Shown: positions 40,037-51,295, numbered from the stretch's first letter. The stretch: DNA of 64,000 nt from an uncultured Prevotella sp. (GCA_905233985.1 CAJOFA010000006.1:3295-67294), one strand, 5' to 3'. Notes: a model not told the origin generated them from the sequence alone. Numbers and translations are program-made.

Positions 40037-40254
40037 TTGTACTTCTTTTTAGTTTTCAAAGCATAAAGGTATGGATTTATTTTCGTCCTGCCATATAATC
40101 ATCAGAACTATTAACAACGTTTAACTTTGAAAAAGAACATCGTTTACGGAGTAAAAAAGGAAAGTTATTTTGGTGGGGCCGAAAAAAACTATTAACTTTG
40201 CACGGTCGTTTTGAACGAACGCACATAAAGAGAGAGACGAAGGAAAGAGAACAG

Positions 40255-41388
40255 ATGAACACGAAGGAACTGGAAGGAAAGCACATTGCGGTGCTATTGT
40301 CGGGTGGTGTTGACTCGGCCGTAGCGGTGCACCAGCTGGCAGAGCTGGGGCTGAAACCTGACTGTTTCTATATCAAGATAGGAGGTTCCCCAGACCCGTC
40401 GCATGACGGGGAGGAATGGGACTGTTCCATGGAGGAGGACATGGAGATGGCAACGAGTGTGGCGCACAAGTACGGCTGCCGTCTGGAGGTGGTCGATTGC
40501 CACCGCGAATACTGGGAGCAGGTGACACGCTACACCATGGAAAAGGTGAAGGCCGGACTGACGCCTAACCCCGACGTGATGTGCAACCGCCTCATCAAGT
40601 TCGGAGCCTTCGACGAGAAGCGCGGCAAGGATTACGACCTTATTGCCACAGGACACTATGCACAGACAGAGGAAGAGGAGAAAGAAGAAGTTGTAAATGG
40701 TAAATTGTCCAATTGTAAATTGAAATGGCTTTGTACCGCTCCAGACCCCGTGAAGGACCAGACGGACTTCCTCGCACAGATATACGACTGGCAGTTGCGT
40801 AAAGCAGTGTTCCCCATCGGCCATTTGATGAAAGATGAGGTCAGGGCCATTGCCGAGCGCGAGCACTTAGTAAATGCCAAGCGCAAAGATTCACAGGGTA
40901 TCTGTTTCTTAGGAAAAATCAACTATAACGAATACGTGCGTCGCTACTTAGGTGAGCAACCTGGCAATGTCATCGAACTGGAGACTGGCAAGCGAATCGG
41001 TCAGCACAAGGGACTGTGGTTCCACACCATAGGCCAGCGTCATGGTCTCGGCTTCGGCGGCGGTCCATGGTTCGTCGTGAAGAAAGACATGGCGGAGAAC
41101 GTGCTCTACGTCAGTCACGGCTACGACCCCGAGACAGCTTACAGTCAAGAGTTCAAGATAAGGGACATGCACTGGCTGACACGGGATATGTGGAGCGAGG
41201 TGCAAGACATTACCTTCAAGATTCGGCACACCCCCGAGTTCCAACGAGGGAAGATGAGCCCTCTTAGTCCGTCCACCTTCCTCATCCGCTCCGAGAAGCC
41301 CATCCACGGCGTAGCACCGGGACAGTTCTGTGTCATTTACGACGAGCAACATCACCGTTGCTTCGGCTCCGCAGAAATCACACTATAA
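40255..41388 (+). CDS. mnmA: tRNA 2-thiouridylase
   Basis: SGGVDS, TPNPDVMCN, ATGHYA, DSQGICF, APGQ. Confidence 0.96.
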   Translation: MNTKELEGKHIAVLLSGGVDSAVAVHQLAELGLKPDCFYIKIGGSPDPSHDGEEWDCSMEEDMEMATSVAHKYGCRLEVVDCHREYWEQVTRYTMEKVKAGLTPNPDVMCNRLIKFGAFDEKRGKDYDLIATGHYAQTEEEEKEEVVNGKLSNCKLKWLCTAPDPVKDQTDFLAQIYDWQLRKAVFPIGHLMKDEVRAIAEREHLVNAKRKDSQGICFLGKINYNEYVRRYLGEQPGNVIELETGKRIGQHKGLWFHTIGQRHGLGFGGGPWFVVKKDMAENVLYVSHGYDPETAYSQEFKIRDMHWLTRDMWSEVQDITFKIRHTPEFQRGKMSPLSPSTFLIRSEKPIHGVAPGQFCVIYDEQHHRCFGSAEITL

Positions 41389-41520
41389 CGGGGGCAGGAC
41401 AACGAAGAATCCCCCAAATTCAGTCTATTTCGCAAAAAAAAGACATTTTTCTTGGCAGATAACTTGTTTTTTCGTACTTTTGTATGCTGAACAAGAAGAA
41501 CGCTACTGACCAAGAACCAT

Positions 41521-43602
41521 ATGTGTACGTCTTTTTTGCATCAAGCAATCTATGCGAGTACGCTGTCTGCTGTTCCAGCATTCGTACAGGCTGTTATCGT
41601 CGTAGCGATAACACTAGTCTTTGCTATGCTCTTTTATAACTGGCTCTACAAACGTACGAGAAGGAACGAGTCAGCCTACCTTAGAATGAGCAACAGCAGA
41701 CTTGCACTCATCCTGCAGTCCTGTGGTATCAGCGTATGGGTGTATGATGTCGAGAAGCGCAAATACTGCAAGCTGACCTTTGACGGAGAGATTGAGTCGG
41801 AGTATATCTCCCTCGACTTCTCACGTTTTTTTGACTTGGATGACTTCGAACAGTTGCGCATGGCCATCTTCGACATCAGAGACAGGAAGAAAGAGTCACA
41901 GGTCATGTTTGTTCACACTCCCGAGAGAGAGGGCGAAAAACAGCAACTCATCGAAATCAAGCTCTCCGTGCTGACTACCGACAAGAACGGCAAACCCAGT
42001 GCCATCCTGGGTATGCAGCGCCCCGTCACTGACGAGCGCAAGAAGCAGTTCCGCGAGCAGTCAAACATCATCCAGTATCAATCCGTGTTCAACTCGTCAC
42101 TCATTGACATGACGTTCTACGACGAAGAAGGAATGCTGGCAGACATCAACAGTCAGGCATGCCTTAACTTCCATGTGGAAAGCGGAAAGCAGCTCATTGA
42201 CGGAGGCTGTTCCATTCACGACACGGTGGGGTTCAACGTTGACCTGAACATGAAGGAGCCCGTGCAGTGCACATGCATCATCGACTTAGACCAGCTGGCA
42301 GATGAGGGACGCCGCGGAAAGGGAGTCCGTCTGGGCGGAAAGATTTACTATGAAGTGATCATCTATCCCCTCCGCTATGACACGGGTGAACCACTCGGCC
42401 TGTTCATGGAGGGACGTAACATTACGGAGATGGTGGACAGCTTCCACCGTCAGCAGGAGACGATGCGGCAGTTAGAGAAAGCCACCAACGACCTAAAGAC
42501 ATCTATTGACAACATGAACATGGCCCTGAAGGTTGCCGAGTGCCGACTGACGAACTACTATCCCGACAAGCATGAGCTGGCCATCATCACCGACCTGAAC
42601 AAGCCCCAGCATATCCTGTCACAGGTACGCATGCTTGACACCATCGACACGGAGGACCGCCTCAATGCACGCCGGCTGCTGACCCAGATGGACCGCAAAC
42701 TCCCCAAGAGCATTGATGCCCGTCTCAAGACCGTCTTCGAAGACCATAGCGGTTCGAAGATGTACCTCACGTTCAACAGCGTCCCCATGTACGACAGCCA
42801 CGGAGCCATCACACACTACTCCGGTCTGTGCCGCAATGACACGAAGCTCATCAACACCGAGCTAGAATTGAAAACCGAGACACAGAAGGCACAGGAAGCG
42901 GAACTGCTTAAAAACGTTTTCCTGCTGAACATGAGCTATGAGATACGAACGCCGCTGAGCAGCGTGCTGGGCTTTGCCAAAATGTTTGAGTCAGAGCATA
43001 ACCCAGAGGACGAAGCCGTCTTCGTGGATGAAATCAAGAAGAACTCCAACAAGCTGCTGCGACTGGTCAATGACGTACTCTATATCTCACGCATTGATGC
43101 CAAAATGATAGAAGTAAAGCATCAGCCTGTTGACTTCGCCAGCCTCTTCGACGGCTTCTGTCACATGGGTTGGAGCAATAACCTCAAGACTGAACTGAAG
43201 ACCATCGTAGAGAACCCTTACGAGCATCTGGAGATAGTCATCGATCAGGAGATTACCGGCCGCATCATTGAGGAGCTGACCCGTAACGCCGTTAAATTTA
43301 CCCATACCGGCACCGTTCGTGCCAAGTATGAGTACCGCAGCGGTGAGCTGAACATCACCGTAGAGGACACGGGTATGGGCATCAAGAACGAAGACCTGCC
43401 ACACCTGTTCGACCGTTTTAGCCATAACAGAGAGACGGAATTCGGCAACACAGGACTACATATGGCCATTATCAAGGGACTTATCGAACTGCTGGACGGA
43501 AAGATTGACATTATCTCTGCTCCCGACAAGGGCACGACGGTATGGGTTACTATCCCATGTGAACTGATTAATATGGATTTGAAAAAGGATTTGCAGATAT
43601 GA
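41521..43602 (+). CDS. PAS-containing pseudo-histidine kinase (His->Tyr)
   Basis: H-box LLNMSYEIRTPL; N-box RNAVKFT, DTGMGI, degenerate G2 NTGLHM. Confidence 0.85.
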   Translation: MCTSFLHQAIYASTLSAVPAFVQAVIVVAITLVFAMLFYNWLYKRTRRNESAYLRMSNSRLALILQSCGISVWVYDVEKRKYCKLTFDGEIESEYISLDFSRFFDLDDFEQLRMAIFDIRDRKKESQVMFVHTPEREGEKQQLIEIKLSVLTTDKNGKPSAILGMQRPVTDERKKQFREQSNIIQYQSVFNSSLIDMTFYDEEGMLADINSQACLNFHVESGKQLIDGGCSIHDTVGFNVDLNMKEPVQCTCIIDLDQLADEGRRGKGVRLGGKIYYEVIIYPLRYDTGEPLGLFMEGRNITEMVDSFHRQQETMRQLEKATNDLKTSIDNMNMALKVAECRLTNYYPDKHELAIITDLNKPQHILSQVRMLDTIDTEDRLNARRLLTQMDRKLPKSIDARLKTVFEDHSGSKMYLTFNSVPMYDSHGAITHYSGLCRNDTKLINTELELKTETQKAQEAELLKNVFLLNMSYEIRTPLSSVLGFAKMFESEHNPEDEAVFVDEIKKNSNKLLRLVNDVLYISRIDAKMIEVKHQPVDFASLFDGFCHMGWSNNLKTELKTIVENPYEHLEIVIDQEITGRIIEELTRNAVKFTHTGTVRAKYEYRSGELNITVEDTGMGIKNEDLPHLFDRFSHNRETEFGNTGLHMAIIKGLIELLDGKIDIISAPDKGTTVWVTIPCELINMDLKKDLQI

Positions 43603-45653
43603 ACGATATAGCTTCTAACGAATATACATCCATCTTTACGATGATCATTATCATGGTCATCATGGTCATCATGCTGGCCGTCGTCTGTATCGTTGTCTAT
43701 TACCTAGTCAAGAAGAACGTTGCAAAGGCAACACAAAGAGCCACGAACGTCAACAACATCATACAGCAGGCCATAGCCCGCAGCGACAGCATCGTCGTGG
43801 GCTACAGACTGGAAGACGAGCGATTCTACAATATCCACGGAAACATGCTTCCCCATGATGCCGTGACTCTGGATGAGGTACTGGTTCTCGTACACCCCAA
43901 CAACCAAGAGGTAATCAGGCAGTTCTGTGAGAAACTTATATCAGGAATCCAGGATGAAGCCCAAATCGACAACATGCATGACGTCAACTACGGCATGGGC
44001 AAACCCGTATGGCACCATGTACACACCCACGGCATCGCCGAATATGAGAACGGACAGCGCACACACATCATCTTCTGCATCACCGACAAGACCGACGAGC
44101 AACGCTTCAGTAAGATGGACAGTGAGATGAGTGACAAGTATAAGCTGATATTCGAGAACTCAATCATCGGCATGTCCTTCTATGATGCCGACGGATACCT
44201 CATTGACGCCAACAAGCAGATGCGTGAGATATGCAACTTTGACAGTCGTTATGACAAGAGATATTTCGGCACCTGCATCTTCGAATTCCTGCATTATCCC
44301 GACAAAAGGCGCGGAAAAGTAGAAGAATACTGGGGATGCCAGAGAATGGTCGATAGCGAACGCGGTGTCGATAAATATGTGGAGTCACGCATTCATCCCG
44401 TCTTCGATGCCAACGGGCGAATGGAGTATTTTGTCATCTCTGCACGTGACATTACCCAAGAGCGCACGCTCTATATGCAGAGCAAAATGAACAACAAACA
44501 AATCAGTTATGCCAATCAGGAGGTGCTTCGCTACGAAGAACAGTTGCGCTACCTGCTGCAGCACTGCAAGATGCACGTCTGGCGCTCTTCGTTCGACAAA
44601 CAGGAAATCGTGTTCTTAAAAGACCTGCATGAGCCGGTGCTCACCATCCGTTTCGATGAATTCGAGAAAGCCCTGAAGCCCGAGCACCGGGACATGACAA
44701 GAAGCATCATGATGGAGCCCCGAACCTCGAACCCCGAATCCCGTACCTCGTACCTCGAGAAACTGCCAGTAAACAACCTCTTTGAACAAGATGACAGCAC
44801 ACACTGGTACAACATCAACAGCCTGCCGACATACGACAGTCAGGGACGGCAGGCGGGCAGTTTCGGACTGATACGCGACACTACAACGCTCATCGAGGAG
44901 CAGGAGATGCTACGGCAGGAGACCGAACGTGCCAACGACTCAGGCAGGCAGAAGAGTATCTTCCTTGCCAACATGACCCACGAGATACGCACGCCGCTCA
45001 ATGCCATCGTCGGTTTCAGCGACCTGTTGCAGAGCATAGAGTCGCCCGAGGACAAGCGCGAGATGATGCGCATCATCCATAACAACTGCGATATGCTGCT
45101 GCGTCTGGTCAACGACATGCTTGCCGTGTCAACCATCGACAACAGTGGCATGCAGATGAACGTTGCAGAACTCGACTTTGCCAAGGCGTTCGACGATGCC
45201 TGCCAGTCACTGGCACAGCGAGTGACAGAGCCCGCCGTCGAGTTCATCACCGACAACCCGTACGAGACATTACGCACTCGACTCGACAGAGAACGTATCG
45301 TGCAAGTGATGACCAACTTCGTCACCAATGCCGTCAAATATACCACCCAAGGACACATCAAGATTGGGTATCAGGTAACAGAGAGCGAATCAGACAATCC
45401 CCCCACCCTCCGCATCTACTGCGAAGACACGGGTGCCGGCATCCCCAAGGAAGACAGTAAACGCATCTTCGAACGCTTCGTTAAGCTCAACGACTACATA
45501 CAGGGAACAGGACTCGGTCTGAGCATTTGCAAAGCCATTGCCAATAGCTGCAAGGGAGATATCGGTGTAGATTCCGAGGTCGGCAAGGGCTCCACCTTCT
45601 GGTTCTGGATGCCTTGTGAGCTGTTGGAAGTAAAAGAAAAGACGAACAATTGA
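43599..45653 (+). CDS. PAS-containing histidine kinase
   Basis: LANMTHEIRTPLN, TNAVKYT, DTGAGI, GTGLGL; ATGA overlap with upstream gene. Confidence 0.92.
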   Translation: MNDIASNEYTSIFTMIIIMVIMVIMLAVVCIVVYYLVKKNVAKATQRATNVNNIIQQAIARSDSIVVGYRLEDERFYNIHGNMLPHDAVTLDEVLVLVHPNNQEVIRQFCEKLISGIQDEAQIDNMHDVNYGMGKPVWHHVHTHGIAEYENGQRTHIIFCITDKTDEQRFSKMDSEMSDKYKLIFENSIIGMSFYDADGYLIDANKQMREICNFDSRYDKRYFGTCIFEFLHYPDKRRGKVEEYWGCQRMVDSERGVDKYVESRIHPVFDANGRMEYFVISARDITQERTLYMQSKMNNKQISYANQEVLRYEEQLRYLLQHCKMHVWRSSFDKQEIVFLKDLHEPVLTIRFDEFEKALKPEHRDMTRSIMMEPRTSNPESRTSYLEKLPVNNLFEQDDSTHWYNINSLPTYDSQGRQAGSFGLIRDTTTLIEEQEMLRQETERANDSGRQKSIFLANMTHEIRTPLNAIVGFSDLLQSIESPEDKREMMRIIHNNCDMLLRLVNDMLAVSTIDNSGMQMNVAELDFAKAFDDACQSLAQRVTEPAVEFITDNPYETLRTRLDRERIVQVMTNFVTNAVKYTTQGHIKIGYQVTESESDNPPTLRIYCEDTGAGIPKEDSKRIFERFVKLNDYIQGTGLGLSICKAIANSCKGDIGVDSEVGKGSTFWFWMPCELLEVKEKTNN
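44714..44755 (+). repeat. (CGWACCY) heptamer tract in kinase
   Basis: GGAGCCC CGAACCT CGAACCC CGAATCC CGTACCT CGTACCT. Confidence 0.8.
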
Positions 45654-45668
45654 ATAATCAGGAGAAAA

Positions 45669-48482
45669 ATGAAGATATACGGACGATTTATTGTGGCGAT
45701 ATTGGCAGTAATGCTCTCTACGGGAGTGTTCGCACAGTCAAAGCCACGAAACTACTCACAAGAGCATCCTCTCATCTATGAGGATGCCAACGACTTCTGG
45801 CCCTATTCATTTACGAACGAGAAAGGTGAACCTGACGGTTTCAACATTGACCTCATCCGTATGTTATTTGAGGAGCTTCGAATACCCTATATCATCAAGC
45901 TCAAGCCCAGTCAGCAGGCATTGGAAGACCTGCGTGAGAACCGTTCAGACCTGACGCTGGGCATAGCAGACGGTTTTCATGACAAGGGTAGCAGCCTGTA
46001 CGGAAAGAATGCTGTGCTGCTGTTGACACAAAGTGTTGTCACACCGAAGAAGAATCCTGTGGAGATTTTTTATCTCCGCGACCTCGGAACGCATCAAGTC
46101 ATCGTATGCGACAGCAGCTTCTGCCATCAACTCATGATTTACTACAAGTGGGAAGGCAATGCCATTCTCTCCAAAGACATCTCAGAGTCCATCCAGCAGG
46201 TAAGCAACGAAGAAAAAGGACAAATTGTATGGAACACCCTATCGCTCAAATGGCTGCTGCACAAGTACCGTATTGACAATCTGGAGCTGACGCCCGTCAA
46301 CATGCCACATGGCGAATACAAATTCATGTCGCATAACCCCCAGTTGCTCCAGTCGCTCGACAGCATCTATGCCGTGCTTTATTCCGATGAGAAGTTGACG
46401 GCCCTGCAGAACAAATGGTTCTATCCGGAACACAACGATGTGGTAACACCGGCATGGGTATGGTATGTCGTGGGTGCTACTGGTCTTTTAGCGTTTCTCT
46501 TCCTCATCTACATCATCAGTTACCGACTACGCGGACGCGCCATCAACCATAAGAACAGCACACTGAACAAACGTCTGGCACTCATCATCGAGACCTGTAA
46601 GGTACGCATGTGGACCTACGACGTTGACACGCAGCTCTTCACCTGGCGCAACGAGAACGGTCAGGTTGGACAGACCTACACGGCCAAGGAGTTCTCACGC
46701 CGTTATCATCCCGAAGACTTCTCGAAGCTGATGGAAATCATCCACAAGCTGGAACATACGAACAGCACGGATGGAGAGGAAAAAGATGTCACGCTCAACA
46801 TCGAAGCCATCGACACGGAAAGCGGCGATGACAACTGGCGCGACTTCACCATCACATTGTCCGTGCTGCGTCGTGACAAGAACGGACGGCCGAGCATCAT
46901 CATCGGCACAAAGATGGATGTGACAGAGGAACACCGCCTGCAGCAGTTGAAGGAAGAGCGTGAGATGCGTTACTGGTCAGCCTTCGAGAATCCCATCGTC
47001 GGCATCCTGCTCTTTGACCGCGACGGTTACCTCATCAATATCAACAAGCGTGGCTGTGACATCTTCTGCTGCGACTATGACGAGATGATTGCAGAGCACG
47101 TTACCTACCAAGACCTGCTGAGTCTCAAGGGTCTTGACATGAACGATGCCGACGGTTACCACTGCACACAGGAAGTGGACATCGACAGCATTCCTCCCGA
47201 ACAACGCAAGATACACTTCTGCCGGCGTCAGGGCATGTTCTATAATGAGATACAGCTCAGCACCATCAGGGGCGAACAAGACGAATTGCTGGGTATGTTT
47301 GCCTTCTGCCGCGACATCTCACTCCTACATGCCGAGACAGAACAGCTCAGCAAGACTGCACAGGAGGTGGCACGTACCGAGAAAGAATTGAGCGACTACA
47401 TCAATGCCATCAATTTCATCCTTGACAGAGGTGACGTGAGAATGGTCAACTACTCCCCCACCTCACACACACTCACCATCTTCCGGCACATAGACGATGT
47501 GCAGCTCACACTGACACAGACACGCTGTATGACATTCGTCGATAACCTGTATCGCCGCAAGACCATGTACCTGATAGAGAGAATGGATGATCGGCAGAAC
47601 AAGGACATGGAGACCGACATTAAGACCACCATCCGCGGAAACAAAGGACTGCCCCTGTCGCTCTATTTCCACATGTACCCCGTCAAGAACCGTTCCGGTC
47701 AAGTCACAGAGTATTTCGGACTCTGCCTCGATGTGTCTGAGGAAAAGAAAGCCGAGAGCCTTATGGTGGTGGAAAACCTGAAAGCACAGGAGATTGAGAA
47801 CACCCAAAACAAGTTCCTGCGTAACATGATGCAAGAGATACGCACCCCGCTGAGTGTCGTGATGAAACAGACGAGCAAGCTAAATGCCGAGCAACGTCAG
47901 CCCAGCGAGGAATACGACATACAAGTCATATTAGCCAACTCACAACGGCTGTTGCAGCTCATCAACAACATTCTGTATATGTCGCGCTTGGAAGCTCACA
48001 TGGTGGAAATCAAGAAAGAGCCGAGTGACTTCGCCGCCACCTTCGAATCACATTGTCAGGCGGGCTGGTCGAAATACAAGAAGCCGGAAGTACGCTATAT
48101 CGTAGAGAATCCCTACGAGAAACTGGTCGTCAACATCGATGTCAATAACCTCGGACAAGTTATCGAACGGGTGATGGAAATGTCAGCACGCAACACCAAC
48201 AAGGGTACCATCCGTGCACGCTACGACTACATCGGACGTAAGCTTATGATTTCCGTAGATGACACGGGAGAAGGCATCGACCCTGAAGAGCTGCACCACA
48301 TACAGACAGAGTTCTCCAAAGGCAACCAGACGAGCAAGACGCTCGGACTGTCGATTTGCAAAGAACTTGTTGACCAAATGGGCGGCACATTGGAAGTGAA
48401 TTCTGAGAAAGGGCTGGGCACCACGATGTGGATTACGATACCCTGTCAGGCCAGTACCGTCAAGCGTAGGAAAATGAAATAA
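45669..48482 (+). CDS. Periplasmic-binding-domain pseudo-histidine kinase (His->Gln)
   Basis: WPYSFTNEKGEPDGFNID (SBP family 3), H-box LRNMMQEIRTPL, N-box Asn lost (MEMSARNT). Confidence 0.85.
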   Translation: MKIYGRFIVAILAVMLSTGVFAQSKPRNYSQEHPLIYEDANDFWPYSFTNEKGEPDGFNIDLIRMLFEELRIPYIIKLKPSQQALEDLRENRSDLTLGIADGFHDKGSSLYGKNAVLLLTQSVVTPKKNPVEIFYLRDLGTHQVIVCDSSFCHQLMIYYKWEGNAILSKDISESIQQVSNEEKGQIVWNTLSLKWLLHKYRIDNLELTPVNMPHGEYKFMSHNPQLLQSLDSIYAVLYSDEKLTALQNKWFYPEHNDVVTPAWVWYVVGATGLLAFLFLIYIISYRLRGRAINHKNSTLNKRLALIIETCKVRMWTYDVDTQLFTWRNENGQVGQTYTAKEFSRRYHPEDFSKLMEIIHKLEHTNSTDGEEKDVTLNIEAIDTESGDDNWRDFTITLSVLRRDKNGRPSIIIGTKMDVTEEHRLQQLKEEREMRYWSAFENPIVGILLFDRDGYLININKRGCDIFCCDYDEMIAEHVTYQDLLSLKGLDMNDADGYHCTQEVDIDSIPPEQRKIHFCRRQGMFYNEIQLSTIRGEQDELLGMFAFCRDISLLHAETEQLSKTAQEVARTEKELSDYINAINFILDRGDVRMVNYSPTSHTLTIFRHIDDVQLTLTQTRCMTFVDNLYRRKTMYLIERMDDRQNKDMETDIKTTIRGNKGLPLSLYFHMYPVKNRSGQVTEYFGLCLDVSEEKKAESLMVVENLKAQEIENTQNKFLRNMMQEIRTPLSVVMKQTSKLNAEQRQPSEEYDIQVILANSQRLLQLINNILYMSRLEAHMVEIKKEPSDFAATFESHCQAGWSKYKKPEVRYIVENPYEKLVVNIDVNNLGQVIERVMEMSARNTNKGTIRARYDYIGRKLMISVDDTGEGIDPEELHHIQTEFSKGNQTSKTLGLSICKELVDQMGGTLEVNSEKGLGTTMWITIPCQASTVKRRKMK

Positions 48483-48511
48483 CAGATAACCACCGCAAAA
48501 AACAAGAAAAG

Positions 48512-51295
48512 ATGAAGATACGCCATATCACACTCTGCCTTCTCACCCTCTTGTCGCTCAGCATAAGTGCACAGGAACTGACAGAGAAGTACAATCGGGA
48601 CCATCCTGTCACAGTCGTGTGCGACTGGGACAAGGCTCCCTATGAGTTCCTGAACGACCAGGGTGATCCCGACGGCTCCAATATTGACGTGCTCACAGCC
48701 CTGTTCGATGAGCTGAACATCCCTTATAAGTTCATCATGAAAGAATGGGGAAATGCCATTAAGACCTTCGAACGCGGTGAGGCGGACCTGATTCTGGCCA
48801 ACACCCGCCGTTTCCGGAAAGCACCCTATATCTGCAGCGACAACATCATCAACTACAACCGCATTGTCGCAGCCACAGCAAAGGCTAATCCGGCACCTCA
48901 CAGCTCGCTCAGGGCTCTGGTGGAACAGGGCGTGGCGCTCAAGCCCTCCGACTATTCCGTGTTCTACTTCCTTGCAGAAGACTCATCCTACATTCACAAA
49001 ATGGAGTTCCAGTCGCCCAAAGTGGCATTGATGGGACTGCTTGCCAGCGACGTCGAGTACTTCGTCTGGGGCGAGGAACCACTCAAATGGAAAATCAAAG
49101 AGTTGAACATGGAGGGCATCCATCTTACCGAAGTCAATATACCCATCAGCGAGATACACATTGTGGGCCGTGACAAGCAACTCGTTGAGGAGCTTGACGA
49201 CCACTTTTCACGCTTGAAGCAGCGCGGCGAACTGGAGGACATCACCAACCGATGGTTCCATCCTGAGCGCATACAGAACAAGAAGACACCAGTGGCGCTT
49301 TATGTCATCATCGCCATTATAGCCCTTCTCGGCGTCCTCTATCTCCTGAACCGGCTGGCACATCTTCATGTCATACGCGCCACACGTGAATCAACAGACA
49401 TGAACAACATGATGCTGAAAGCCCTGCACATGGGTAACTTCCACATCATGGAGTACGACATAGCCCGGAACCTCATGGTCAACAAGTACGGCAAGGTACT
49501 GCCCGAGGCAGGTATGACGCTTGAGGAATTCACCCGTCGCATCAAACCCGAGGAACAAGGTGAGTTCACACTCAAGATGCAGCGTCTGTTGAGTGGCCGC
49601 GACCGCAAGTTCACGCTGAGCAAGCGCTGGAACGCTGGAACGCCGGAACACCCCCAATGGCTCCTGTTCGAAGGACATGCCATTGTCGAGTTTGACGAAC
49701 ACGGGAATCCCCTCTATATCATCAACGCCGTCAACAACCTCACCCACAACGCAGAGGCAGCACAGGCCGCCTACGAACTGGAACGGCAGGGGAAAGTGCT
49801 GGAGGAGACACCCTTCGTCGGCACGTCCTTCTACAACTCCGACGGTCAGCTGATGATGCTCAACGATGCCATGAAGCAACTCTGCGGGTTCGACGACAAC
49901 AACCCCAGCGTCGAACGTTTCTGGCGACAGTTAGGCATGTTCGACGTGCCGCTCTTCCATAACGTCATGACACCAGAGCGCAAGACCGACCTGCACATCT
50001 GTCAGCATATGGATTATCCCGACCTGCGTGTTGACCGCTACATCGAGTTCTACATCCACCCCACCCTCAACAAGAAACAGGAAATCATCAGCTACTTCGT
50101 CTCTACGCTTGACATCACGGACGAGCATCAGCATGCCAAACAGAAAAACATCAACGACCAGTCGCTGAAGCGAGCCCGCCGCCTCATCAACGAGTATGAG
50201 CAACTGCTCGGTCACATCGTCGATTTGAGCAAGCTCTATATGTGGCACACCAACCTGGCTGAGGGCACCATCAGTTTCTACAAGTCATTGCAGAACCGCC
50301 ATCTGCTGGTCGAGAGCATCGAGGACTTCCTCTCACACATCGTGGAGAATGAACGTGACGTAGCCCGCTACTTCCTCACTAACACATCCGAGGGGCAGTC
50401 GGACATGGACCTCATCTATCATTTCGACAACTCCGTCGTGGGTAATGGAGAAAAATGGTTCCACCTCAAGGACACCCCGTTACGCAACGCCAACGGCATC
50501 ATAACAGGACACAGGGGCATCTGCTACGACCTGACGAACCTCATCCACCTACGTGAAGAGCTCAAGGCGGTGACACAACGCGCCAAGGACTCCAACAAGA
50601 TCAAGAGCGGTTTCATGGCCTCCATGACTCACGAGCTGCGCACCCCGTTGAATGCCATCATGGGCTTCAGCGACGTGCTCAGCATGACCGACACCCCGAA
50701 GGAGCGTGCCGAGTATATACGTATCATGCGTAACTCATGCGACATGCTGCAGCGCCTCATCAACGACATTCTCGAGGCTTCCTTCATCAGCGACAGCACC
50801 GACACCATCACACCTGCCGACGTTGACTTCGCCCGTTCCTTCAAGGACATCTGCATCATGCTTGAGCAGCGCGTCACCGATGCCGGACTGACATTCCTGT
50901 GCGATTGTCCTTACGACACCTACCCCACCCGTGTTGACATGGGGCGCATCCAGCAGGTTATCATCAACTTCGTCACCAATGCCTGCAAGTTTACCAAACA
51001 GGGACACATCAAGATTGGGTATCAAATAACCGAGGGCGAGGAGCAAGGCCTCTACATCTACTGCGAGGACACGGGTGTCGGCATAGCCAAGGACAAACAG
51101 GAACTCATCTTCGACCGTTTCGTCAAGCTCGACGAGTACTCACAAGGCACCGGCCTTGGCCTTAACATCTGTAAAGCCATTGCCGAGCGCTGCGGCGGAC
51201 GTGTCGGCGTGAACAGCAAAGGACTCGGCAAGGGCTCTACATTCTGGGCATGGATTCCCTGTAAGAAGCGCGAAGCGATGAGCGTGGAGAGCTAG
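48512..51295 (+). CDS. Periplasmic-binding-domain histidine kinase
   Basis: APYEFLNDQGDPDGSNID, MASMTHELRTPLN, TNACKFT, GTGLGL. Confidence 0.92.
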   Translation: MKIRHITLCLLTLLSLSISAQELTEKYNRDHPVTVVCDWDKAPYEFLNDQGDPDGSNIDVLTALFDELNIPYKFIMKEWGNAIKTFERGEADLILANTRRFRKAPYICSDNIINYNRIVAATAKANPAPHSSLRALVEQGVALKPSDYSVFYFLAEDSSYIHKMEFQSPKVALMGLLASDVEYFVWGEEPLKWKIKELNMEGIHLTEVNIPISEIHIVGRDKQLVEELDDHFSRLKQRGELEDITNRWFHPERIQNKKTPVALYVIIAIIALLGVLYLLNRLAHLHVIRATRESTDMNNMMLKALHMGNFHIMEYDIARNLMVNKYGKVLPEAGMTLEEFTRRIKPEEQGEFTLKMQRLLSGRDRKFTLSKRWNAGTPEHPQWLLFEGHAIVEFDEHGNPLYIINAVNNLTHNAEAAQAAYELERQGKVLEETPFVGTSFYNSDGQLMMLNDAMKQLCGFDDNNPSVERFWRQLGMFDVPLFHNVMTPERKTDLHICQHMDYPDLRVDRYIEFYIHPTLNKKQEIISYFVSTLDITDEHQHAKQKNINDQSLKRARRLINEYEQLLGHIVDLSKLYMWHTNLAEGTISFYKSLQNRHLLVESIEDFLSHIVENERDVARYFLTNTSEGQSDMDLIYHFDNSVVGNGEKWFHLKDTPLRNANGIITGHRGICYDLTNLIHLREELKAVTQRAKDSNKIKSGFMASMTHELRTPLNAIMGFSDVLSMTDTPKERAEYIRIMRNSCDMLQRLINDILEASFISDSTDTITPADVDFARSFKDICIMLEQRVTDAGLTFLCDCPYDTYPTRVDMGRIQQVIINFVTNACKFTKQGHIKIGYQITEGEEQGLYIYCEDTGVGIAKDKQELIFDRFVKLDEYSQGTGLGLNICKAIAERCGGRVGVNSKGLGKGSTFWAWIPCKKREAMSVES

